Assembly: GCA_041640595.1 (NCBI GenBank)
Contig: JBEPZY010000002.1
Coordinates: 50,884 to 114,883 of the forward strand
DNA length: 64,000 nt
Origin: Gemmatales bacterium
GTDB lineage: Bacteria; Planctomycetota; Planctomycetia; Gemmatales; HRBIN36
Reading direction: 5' to 3'
How positions within the stretch are numbered: the stretch's first letter is position 1; each line of letters begins with the position of its first letter. The notes under the pieces are model-generated. The model had not been told where the DNA came from. It searched no databases and saw only the letters and a program-made list of their open reading frames with translations. This document shows positions 31,977 to 41,008 of this stretch, piece by piece. The translations under genes were made by a program, and so were the position numbers.

Positions 31977-33110
31977 ATGAGCGTGTATCGGTTTCTGACC
32001 TTATGCGGCACAGCGGCACTGCTGCTGATTTTCTGTAGCGCCAAGAACCCGGCACAGCAGCCTGGCTTGCAAAAGCCGACACCCTTGCCGGAGGCCATTG
32101 AAAAAGCCTGGGCCGCTGCCGGAGCCGAAATCGGCTGGATGCGAATACGAATGCAAATTGATGAGCAGCTCTGGCGCGCTCCTGGGTATACGCTCATGTT
32201 CGTGCCCCGAGATGAGGGTCAGAAGGGGGACATTCCCGCGTTTCGGCTTCGGGCTTGGCAGGCGGGGTTGCTTCCTAAGCTCCCAGAACCACAAGTCCCC
32301 TTTGGTCTGGACCTCACCGAGCTACCGTTGACCGACAGATGGCTGGTGGATTTGCGAGATCTGAAGAATCTGCAAGCATTGAATTTGGGCGGCAGGCAGG
32401 TAACGGACGCGGGGCTGAAGGAACTGGCGGCACTGAAGAACCTGCAAGGGCTAGACTTGGCCTTCACGAAGATAACGAACGTGGGGCTGAAGGAACTGGC
32501 GGCACTGAAGAACTTGCAAGGGCTGGACTTGGCGGCCACGAAGATAACGAACGCGGGACTCAACGAACTGGCGGCACTGAATAACCTGCAATGGCTGAGC
32601 CTGTGCGAAACGAAGATCACCGACGCGGGGCTGAAGAAACTGGCGGCATTGAAGAACTTGCAATGGCTGAGCCTGGGCGAAACGAAGATAACCGACGCGG
32701 GGCTGAAGGAGCTGGCGGCACTGAAGAACCTGCAAGGGCTGAGCCTGTACAAGACGCGGGTAACGGATGCGGGGCTGAAGGAACTGGCAGGACTGAAGAA
32801 CCTGCAATGGCTGAACCTGGCCTTGACGCAGGTAACGGACGCGGGACTGAAGGAACTGGCCGGACTGAAGAACCTGCAATGGCTGAACCTGGCCTTGACG
32901 CAGGTAACGGACGCGGGGCTGAAGGAACTGGCAGGACTGAGGAACCTGCAAACGCTGAGCTTGGCGTTCACGCAGGTAACGGACGCAGGGCTGAAGGAAC
33001 TGCCCGGACTGAAGAGGTTGCAGGTATTGGTCCTCTACGAGACGAACGTGACCGACGCCGGCGTTGGTGAATTGCGAAAGGCGCTGCCGAACTGCTACAT
33101 CCGGAGATAA
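31977..33110 (+). CDS. Secreted leucine-rich-repeat protein 2 (10 x 24-aa repeats)
   Basis: Different signal peptide but the same N-cap as LRR1; same repeat consensus; C-cap ELRKALPNC. Confidence 0.93.
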   Translation: MSVYRFLTLCGTAALLLIFCSAKNPAQQPGLQKPTPLPEAIEKAWAAAGAEIGWMRIRMQIDEQLWRAPGYTLMFVPRDEGQKGDIPAFRLRAWQAGLLPKLPEPQVPFGLDLTELPLTDRWLVDLRDLKNLQALNLGGRQVTDAGLKELAALKNLQGLDLAFTKITNVGLKELAALKNLQGLDLAATKITNAGLNELAALNNLQWLSLCETKITDAGLKKLAALKNLQWLSLGETKITDAGLKELAALKNLQGLSLYKTRVTDAGLKELAGLKNLQWLNLALTQVTDAGLKELAGLKNLQWLNLALTQVTDAGLKELAGLRNLQTLSLAFTQVTDAGLKELPGLKRLQVLVLYETNVTDAGVGELRKALPNCYIRR

Positions 33111-33653
33111 AGCCCGCCGCTTTTCAGGCAACTACACGGTCGAACCAGAGCATTTTGGCCCCGCTCACTGGCAAGATTCGCGGTTAGCGAATCGCCGCAG
33201 AGCCGCCTCACCTGAGCCAGGGTCGAAGCTGCAGCCCGACCCGCAAGATTCGCGCTTGCCGACCGCCGCAGAGCCGCTTGAGTCACGGTCGTAGCCGGCG
33301 TTGTCGTGGCTCCGGCAGTTGTGCGGATGTTTGTGCACCTGAGCCAGGCTCGAAGCTGGCACCCGACCGCAACATTCGCGCTTGCCGATCGCCGCAGAGC
33401 CGCCTGAGCGTGAGCCACGGTCGAAGCTGGCGTTGTCGTGGCTCCGCCAGTTGTGCGGATATTTGTGCACCTGAGCCAGGCTCGTAGCTGGTGCCCGACC
33501 GCAACATTCGCGCTTAGCGAGTCAGCAGTCCCCGGCCTGCCACGAAGCGGCGCGCATCGCCGACTGCTGACGTAGGGTGCATTACAATGACAGCAGCGGG
33601 CAAGCGACCGGCAAACCGTTTCCACCACCGAGCCGCGGGGGAAAGACATGAGC
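33111..33653. repeat. Intergenic cassette copy 2
   Basis: About 5 copies of the same motif, TACAAT (33583-33588) and GGGGGAAAGAC-ATGAGC, but no LRR gene follows. Confidence 0.85.
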
Positions 33654-33712
33654 ATCGGCCCATTTGCACGCAGCCTTGGAGCTGTCAGTCATGTGCAACC
33701 GTTTCGCACGGG

Positions 33713-36397
33713 CTAGCGCCTGGCGCGAACGTAGAGAATCGCAAACAGGCCGACGAATCCGGCCAGCGTCAGCGTTGCCAGCCAGGCGAACGATTGCCCT
33801 GGACGATGCCGAACATCCCGCGGGAAATGGCGTTCGGCAATATCCGGCGGACGCATGGGTGCCGGCTGGTTACCTTGCCGCTCGGTGTTATTCTCGCGCT
33901 CCATAGCGTCTGCTTCCAGCACCACCATACCTTCATAGGCCCAGCGGGTCGGCATGAAACGGGAGACGAACTGCATTATGTCATGCATCTTGCCAATCGG
34001 CATCATGGCCCCACCCAGCACCACCATGGGGATCAGCACCAGCGGCAACAGTGCGACCGCCATCTCCGAAGTGCGAGCCAGTGCCGAGATACTCAAACCC
34101 ATAGCCAGCCCGGCCAGCGCTGCTGTCAGGGTGAATCCGTACATCGCGGCCAGATTCGCCTTCCAGCTACACGGCAGGGAAACCAGCAGCAGTAACACCA
34201 GACATTGCAGGAGGCATAGCCCGCCGAGAATAGCCAGCTTGGAGAGCAGATACGGCCACAGTTGCAAACCGACCATGCGTTCGCGGCGGAAGATCGCCCA
34301 CTCGCCAACAATTTCACGCACCGCGTTGGAACAGCCAAACCATATTGCCGAAAGCCCCGTCAGGAAAAGCGTCAGCGGTTTGGCCTGCAAATAATCCTGC
34401 GGCTGGCTGCTGGAGGCATTACGTCCAAAGACCAGGGCGACAAGCATAGCCACCGCAGGAGCTTGTGCGATCAGCACGGCGCTGCCCCAGGTGTCGCGGC
34501 ATTTGACACGAAAACAGCGGCGGATCAGCGTCCAGGCTTGCATCCAGCCAGGGGGACGGAGCGAGTCATCCGCCGAGGCTGGCTGGTGGCGTTCAGCTAC
34601 CCGTTGCTGCTGCAATTCCACACGGCGACTTTCGACAAAGTCGCGGTAATACTTCGATTGCCGGTACGTTTGTGCCCACTGGCTTGCCGGTCGCTTGCTC
34701 AAACCCCGCAGGATTTCGTCGGGCAGCGGATCCGCCCCCGGTTTGAGGTTCGGTATGCCCTGGGGATTGAAAAAGTGCACCGCGTCCGGATATGCTGGGC
34801 CGTAATAAACCAGTTCGCCCGGCCCTGGGCTGTTGCGATCTTTGGCGATCAGAATGAGCTGGTCGAAGAGCCGATACACATCGAGGCCCGGCTGGTGGAT
34901 GGTGACCACGACGGTTTTGCCACTGTCGGCCAGCTTACGCAACGCTTCCACCACCAGCAAAGCGTCCTCGGATGAAAGCCCGGAAGTCGGCTCATCGAGG
35001 AAAAGCACCAGCGGATCGGTAAGCAGTTCCATCGCCAGGTTGACGCGTTTTCGCTGACCGCCGCTGATCCCTTTGCGTTCCGGCGAACCGATCAGCACAT
35101 CCTCGCAGCCTTCCAGGCCCAGCTGGGCGATGACCGTTTTGATTCGCTGGTGAATTTCCGCATCGGTATAGTCCGGCGGCAACCGCAGCCGCGCCGAGTA
35201 ATACAGCGCTTCCCGCACCGTCAATTCGCGGTGCATGATGTCGTCCTGGGGCACGTAGCCCATAAACGGAGAAAAGCGGGCGTAATTGTCGTACAAACTT
35301 TCGCCATTGAAAAGCACCTCGCCCTGACTCGGCCGCAAATAGCCGCACAGACACATCAGCAGCGTGGTTTTGCCGGCACCGCTGGGTCCCATCAGAGCAA
35401 CGAGTTCGCGGGGAAACAGGGTCAGGGAGATGTCGCGGATGAGCCATTTGTCGCCGACACGCACGCCGACCTGCCGCGCCTCCACCACCAGCCGTTCGCG
35501 GTAGTTCCACTGTTCGAGCCGACCGTCCGGACTGATCCGCAGACAATGCGTCCCGATCTGCACCTGGTCGCCCGGTCGCAGTGCCACATTGCCCTGCAGT
35601 GGTCGGCCATTGACGAAGACGCCGCGTGCCGGACCCTGCGCTTGCAGCAGAAAGCCATTCCCCTGCTGCACCAGTTGCGCGGCCTGACGACCGAGCCAGG
35701 GATCGGCTCCGGGTTGCTGACGGCCCAGGATCAGCGGCTCGTTACGCGGTGTAACCAGCCCGGGACGCGATGGCCATTGCAGCAAACTGGCCACCGGCAC
35801 CCGCAACGTTCCCAAAAACACCACATCCTGCGGTGAAACCCGCGCTCGCTGCACCCGCTGGTACACATGGTTCACCGCCGTACCGTTGTACGATTGCAAA
35901 TCCTCGATGTACCAGCCGTCCGCCGTCTGCACCAGTCGGGCGTGATACCGCGACACCGTGGGATTTTCCAGCACCACATCATTGTCCGGCGCCCGGCCGA
36001 TACGGATGACACGACCGGCACCTATTACGGGAACCTGCGGCGCATTGGCTGGAGCAGGCGGGGGCGAAACCGGATTCGGCCTGGCGGCGACTGGGACATC
36101 CGGCGGAGCGACGGTATCGTCAGCCTGGGTGCCCCCTTCGCTTTCGGCACGCAGGCTCGGCCAGGGAAACGGCACGCTGTTGGCCAGCAAAATTCTGTCC
36201 CCAGGCCGCACGGTTACCGTACCGTGGATCCGCACCCCGTTGACAAACGTCCCGTTGGTCGAACCCAGATCCCGCAACAACCAACCTGCTTCGGTGCGTA
36301 TCAGCTGACAGTGTCGGGCAGAAACCTGCGGGTCATTGACCACGATATCGCAGTCCGGCGCCCGCCCAATCACCCACTGCCGCTTCCCCACGGCCAT
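33713..36397 (-). CDS. FHA-domain ABC transporter (FHA x2-3, ATPase, ABC-2 membrane domain; Rv1747-like architecture)
   Basis: IGRAPDCD..VSARH..STNGTFVNG and IGRAPDND..VSRYH..SYNGT; Walker A GPSGAGKTT, signature ISGGQRKR, LFLDEPTSG; C-terminal TM helices. Confidence 0.93.
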   Translation of the reverse strand: MAVGKRQWVIGRAPDCDIVVNDPQVSARHCQLIRTEAGWLLRDLGSTNGTFVNGVRIHGTVTVRPGDRILLANSVPFPWPSLRAESEGGTQADDTVAPPDVPVAARPNPVSPPPAPANAPQVPVIGAGRVIRIGRAPDNDVVLENPTVSRYHARLVQTADGWYIEDLQSYNGTAVNHVYQRVQRARVSPQDVVFLGTLRVPVASLLQWPSRPGLVTPRNEPLILGRQQPGADPWLGRQAAQLVQQGNGFLLQAQGPARGVFVNGRPLQGNVALRPGDQVQIGTHCLRISPDGRLEQWNYRERLVVEARQVGVRVGDKWLIRDISLTLFPRELVALMGPSGAGKTTLLMCLCGYLRPSQGEVLFNGESLYDNYARFSPFMGYVPQDDIMHRELTVREALYYSARLRLPPDYTDAEIHQRIKTVIAQLGLEGCEDVLIGSPERKGISGGQRKRVNLAMELLTDPLVLFLDEPTSGLSSEDALLVVEALRKLADSGKTVVVTIHQPGLDVYRLFDQLILIAKDRNSPGPGELVYYGPAYPDAVHFFNPQGIPNLKPGADPLPDEILRGLSKRPASQWAQTYRQSKYYRDFVESRRVELQQQRVAERHQPASADDSLRPPGWMQAWTLIRRCFRVKCRDTWGSAVLIAQAPAVAMLVALVFGRNASSSQPQDYLQAKPLTLFLTGLSAIWFGCSNAVREIVGEWAIFRRERMVGLQLWPYLLSKLAILGGLCLLQCLVLLLLVSLPCSWKANLAAMYGFTLTAALAGLAMGLSISALARTSEMAVALLPLVLIPMVVLGGAMMPIGKMHDIMQFVSRFMPTRWAYEGMVVLEADAMERENNTERQGNQPAPMRPPDIAERHFPRDVRHRPGQSFAWLATLTLAGFVGLFAILYVRARR

Positions 36398-36502
36398 GTG
36401 CAGATCCTCACCAATCCCGTGAACCTGTTCCGCATCTTACGAAATCCAGCCGCCCGCAGGCCCAGTGCCTCTCGCTACAAATCGCCTCCACCGCAAGCGA
36501 GC

Positions 36503-39483
36503 TTATTCCACATTCAGGTTACCACCACGATTGCCTTCCAGAATATTTGGTCCCAGCAGCGGCTTGGCCCCCTTCCTTACGTAGATGCCGTTGTCCCCAT
36601 TGTTGCGACAGATGTTGTTACGCGCAATGCCGCCGGCACTGCCGAAATACGCGATGCCGCTTTGCGTATTCCTTTCGCAGGTGTTGCCTTCGAGGGTCGG
36701 CTGCGCCTGGCCACTTAACGCGATGCCGTGCAATCCATTGTTGCGGCAGACACAGTTGCTCACCATTCCCCGAGCTGTTCCCATCAAACGTATACCGGTA
36801 CCAACACCCTCGGCTTTCTCGCCGATGTCCCACAAACGCACCGTTTTGTCCCAGCTTCCCGAAACGACGTATTTGCCGTCGGGCGTAACCGCGACGCTCC
36901 AGACCGCATCCACGTGCCCCGTGAACCGCCGCACTTCTTTACCCGTCGCCAAATCCCATAAGCGCACGGTGTTGTCTCCGCTTCCCGAAACGATGTATTT
37001 GCTACTGGGCGTCATCGCCACGCTCCTGACTGCCCTCGTGTGCCCCGTGAACCGCCGCACTTCTTGCCCCGTCGCCAGGTCCCACAGACGCACCGTATTG
37101 TCCTTGCTTCCCGAAACGGCGTATTTGCCATCGGGCGTCACCGCGACGCTCCAGACCGCATCCACATGCCCCGTGAACCGCCGCACTTCTTTCCCCGTCG
37201 CCAGCTCCCATAAACGCACCGTGTGGTCCCAGCTTCCCGAAACGACGTATTTGCCATCGGGTGTTACCGCCAAACTCAAAACGGTACCCTCGTGCCCCGT
37301 GAACCGCCGCACTTCTTTCCCCGTCGCCAGCTCCCACAAGCGCACGGTGTTGTCCACACTTCCCGAAACGACGTGTCGGCCATCGCGGGTGACCGCCAAG
37401 CTACTGACCCAATTGTTGTGCCCCGTGAACCGCCGCACTTCCTGCCCCGTCGCCAGGTCCCACAAGCGCGCGGTCTTGTCCTTGCTTCCTGAAACGACGT
37501 ATTTGCCATCGGGCGTCACCGCCAAGCTACTGACCCAATCCGCGTGCCCCATAAACCGCCGCACTTCTTGCCCCGTCGCCAGCTCCCACAAACGCACCGT
37601 GTTGTCCCTGCTCCCGAAACGACGTATTTGCCATCGGGGGTCACTGCGACAGTCTCAACCATATCCTTGTGCTCCGTGAACCGCCGCACTTCTTTCCCCG
37701 TCGTCGGGTCCGACACCGCCCCAGAGAAATGACAATTGCGAATCGTAATCACGCCGCTATCCACCACGACAACATCCGCCGGCTTGTTGCCGACATGCTC
37801 AAGGGACAGGTTTTCCAGCGTCCACTGGCAGTCACCTGTGAATTTAATGGCAAATTCCGGCTCCGAGGACAACAGAGTGGTTTTGTCTGGGCCGGCGCCG
37901 CGAATGGTAAGAGACTTGTTGACGAGGACGGACTGCGTCAGGGTGAAACGTCCGGCAGGCACTTCGATGGTGTCTCCGGGTTGAGCACGGGCAACCGCTT
38001 GTTCGAATGTGAGATTGTTTTGCCCAACTCGCCAGATTCGCTCGCGAGGTTCGATGGAAGGAGAAGGAAGAGTGTCAAGACCTCCCCGGTTCATCGAAGG
38101 CCGGGATTCGGAACCACCTGTTGGCCCAGTAGGTACAGTTGCAGTGCCGGCAGGGTCTGGCGACGGCCCGGAGCCAGGCACTTGCTGCGCAGAATCAGGG
38201 CTGGACCTTAGATGGCCTACAAACATAGCAAGCAGCAACATCCCGGTAATGAACACGCCGCCGGCAACGACGACGCCGAGCACCACAGGCTGGCTCAGCA
38301 TCCGTTTCAGCCCCTGGAGGGGCGTCGGTTCCTGCTCCATTATCCGGCGAAGCGGAGCGGGAGCGGGAAGTGCGTCTGCTGGACTGCCAAAACCTTCAGC
38401 ACGTGAAACACCACCTGGCTCGGCTGGGAGAGGCGAAGCGGCGACCTTTGGTGCGAGACCAGGCCCAACCGGAGCGGGAGTGTCTCCCGACGCCGGCCGG
38501 GCCTTCGCTGGTGCGATAACCGGGGGAGGCGTTCCCGCAGCTACGGTGGGCATCACCCGGGGCGACGGCCTGTCGCCTGCCGCAGCACCAGCTCCGGATG
38601 GCCGCGCCGGGCTCTTCAGCGTGGCCGGACTTCTCACAAACCCCACCCGCACAGCTTTCGCAAACTCCGTACAGCTGGGGAATCGCTGATTCGGGTCGCG
38701 TGCCAGACCCCGCGCCACCGCTTCGGCCACGCCTGTCGGGGCGCCGCATCGCGAGTCCAGCCGTTCCGCCTCCGGCCCTTGCAGCGATTGAATCAGTGCT
38801 CCCAGTGAACTCGCGTCATAAGGATGCTGGCCAGTAAACGCTTCGTACACAATCACCGCCAGCGCATACTGGTCGGCTCGACCGTCGTAAGGCCGACCCA
38901 GGATCAGTTCCGGCGCCATGTACGGCGGCGTACCCAAGGCCGTGCCGGTTGCCGTCAATTTCGTGCGTGCATCTACGCTGGAACCTTCCTGAACCTTGAC
39001 CGCCCCCAAATCGGTCAGATACGCGACTCCCTGCTCATCGAACAGCACGTTGTCCGGCTTGACGTCGCGGTGCACCACATTCTGAGCATGCAGATAATCC
39101 AGCGCGGCAGCAATCTGCGCCAGCCACGGGAAAAGGTCGTCCGGACCCCTGGCCAGCTTTTCCTTGAGCCGCTGGCGTAAGTTGCCCCCGGACAGGTACG
39201 GCATCACAAAAAAGGGGATGCGTTTATGTTCGCCGACATCCAGCACCGGAACGATGTAGGGATGGCGTAACTGCAACAGCGCCTGCATTTCCCGCTGGAA
39301 CCGCTTGAAGAAAGCCGGGTCTTCCAGCAGAGCAATGCGGGGCGTCTTCAGGGCAACGGTCTTACCGGATTGCAGGTCGGTGGCGCGATAGACGGTGCCC
39401 ATGCCCCCTTCGCCCAAACGGTTGGTGATACGGTAACGGTCAGCGACCGTCTCCCCTTCCCAGTTGAGACGCACGCGTGCCAT
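36503..39483 (-). pseudogene. Membrane Ser/Thr kinase with an extracytoplasmic beta-helix containing 7 WD40 repeats; 1-nt frameshift near 37612
   Basis: Kinase motifs LGEGGMGTVY, HRDVKPDN, TDLG, GTPPYMAPE; TM VVLGVVVAGGVFITGMLLLAMFV; PGDTIEVPAG/LTIRGAG beta-helix. The first WD40 repeat reads TCGGGAGC where the others read TCRGGAAGY, splitting the gene into 37516..39483 and 36503..37597. Confidence 0.85.
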
Positions 39484-40135
39484 GTTTCGCTCCTGGGTGA
39501 ACTACCGGTCGGGCTTATTCTACCAGTCGGCCAATCACTGTCCAACGGTTGCCCATCGCCGGCAAGTGGGAGCTAGCTGTGCGTCCTTGCCACTGTCCAA
39601 CGATTGCCCGGCCCCGGCAGATGCGCTTATTTGGAGCGGCCGGCCCGGGGTAACGTGTGTCTGGCGACTGTAGTGGTTGAGCCGGTGGATAGAGTTGAAG
39701 TTGCTGAGGCCCACGGTAACCTGGGTCTGGCGACTGACCCGTTGAGCTGCGGTCGCAAGATGCAAAACGGAGGAACGGCCTTTACTGCGGTAACTTGTGG
39801 CTGCCGATTGGTTCCTTGAGCTGGCGGCGAGTGTCAGCGTGCTATCAGCCACTTGAGACTACCCTCTGACCAATGTCCACTGCCACGGATCGCAGGTCAG
39901 GCAACTCAGGGCAGGCTGCTCTTCCTGCCTTGATATGAGGGTAGTTTAATCCTGCAAAAAGGTACAACTGGGTCAGATAACTCAGGTTAGGCTGCCCTTC
40001 CTGCTGGGGCATGACTGGCCACCGATCACCGCCCGCTGACCACAGGGCCAGATCCTGGTTGCTTCTCGGACTCAGCAGATTAAGGGCATGCTACGGGCTT
40101 CCTGCACCAGGGGCAGGTCGTGGTTGCTTCTCGGA

Positions 40136-40250
40136 CTCGACCACCGGCGCGATTGGCCACCGATCACTGGCCACTCATCACCGCCACTGACCACGAGCCA
40201 CCGACCACCAGCCACTGATCACCGGCCACCGATCACCGGCCACTGATGAT
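40136..40250. repeat. Degenerate heptamer tandem repeats (CCACYGA/TCACCGG type)
   Basis: ...CCACTGA TCACCGG CCACCGA TCACCGG CCACTGA... Confidence 0.75.
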
Positions 40251-40406
40251 GGGGACGCGATCACCGGTGAAATCGCTGGGCGCGTGGAATGCCGTGCCCC
40301 GCTGCCAAGGTTGGGCAGTCCGATTTCGTCGGAGCTGTGATGGCCTCGCGGCGGGTTGGAAGTTGTAGCAGGACGGCCAGGAGAAGCCGTGCGATACTAG
40401 CTCAGG

Positions 40407-40919
40407 TTAGCGGCGATGGCGAGCGGCAAATTCTCGAACGGCGTCCTCCTGTTCGGGAGTCTCGATAGAACCGGGACGCAGTTGACGAACGCGGCGAATG
40501 GCTTGTTCTGCACTGCAGCCGCGGAGAACGAAATAGCAGGCCAGGACAACACCGGTTCGGCCCATCCCTGCTTCGCAATGCACGGCCACACCCATACCGC
40601 TTTTCCGTGCCCGCTCGATTGCCGACACGCACCGGTCTAAATCCTCCTGCGACGGTGGCTGCATGTCCTCAAGGGGAACATGGTAAAGCAACAGACCGGC
40701 ATCCTCGACATCGCGGCGAGGCGGTGGTTCTTCGGTGAGGGAAATCAGCACCTCGATGCCATGCTGCCGAAGCCAGCGCAAGTCCTCCACGCCTGCTGGT
40801 CGAGCTAACGCCGCCAGATAAGGTTCTTCAATCCAGGAAAAACCCAGCGGTGCCTCGTCCACACTCTGGAAAATGGCCGGCATAAATTGACCGTGGTACA
40901 CGCAGTTGTCGGCAGCCAT
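40407..40919 (-). CDS. Dual-specificity/PTP-like protein phosphatase (start uncertain)
   Basis: FSWI, LISLTE, VAVHCEAGMGRTG (CX5R), AIRRVRQLRPGSIET.EQ. Confidence 0.92.
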   Translation of the reverse strand: MAADNCVYHGQFMPAIFQSVDEAPLGFSWIEEPYLAALARPAGVEDLRWLRQHGIEVLISLTEEPPPRRDVEDAGLLLYHVPLEDMQPPSQEDLDRCVSAIERARKSGMGVAVHCEAGMGRTGVVLACYFVLRGCSAEQAIRRVRQLRPGSIETPEQEDAVREFAARHRR

Positions 40920-41008
40920 CCTCGCGGTACGCTGCCGGGGCAGTGGTCGGCTTCGAGAGCGATTGAAGAACCAGCTCGGTCAGGCCGACCACAGGCGTTT
41001 GTGGCATT

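Noticed and set aside
29680..37704. Diversity-generating retroelement as the source of LRR/WD40 variation
   Set aside because: No reverse transcriptase or template/variable repeat pair in the window, and the variation is not restricted to adenines
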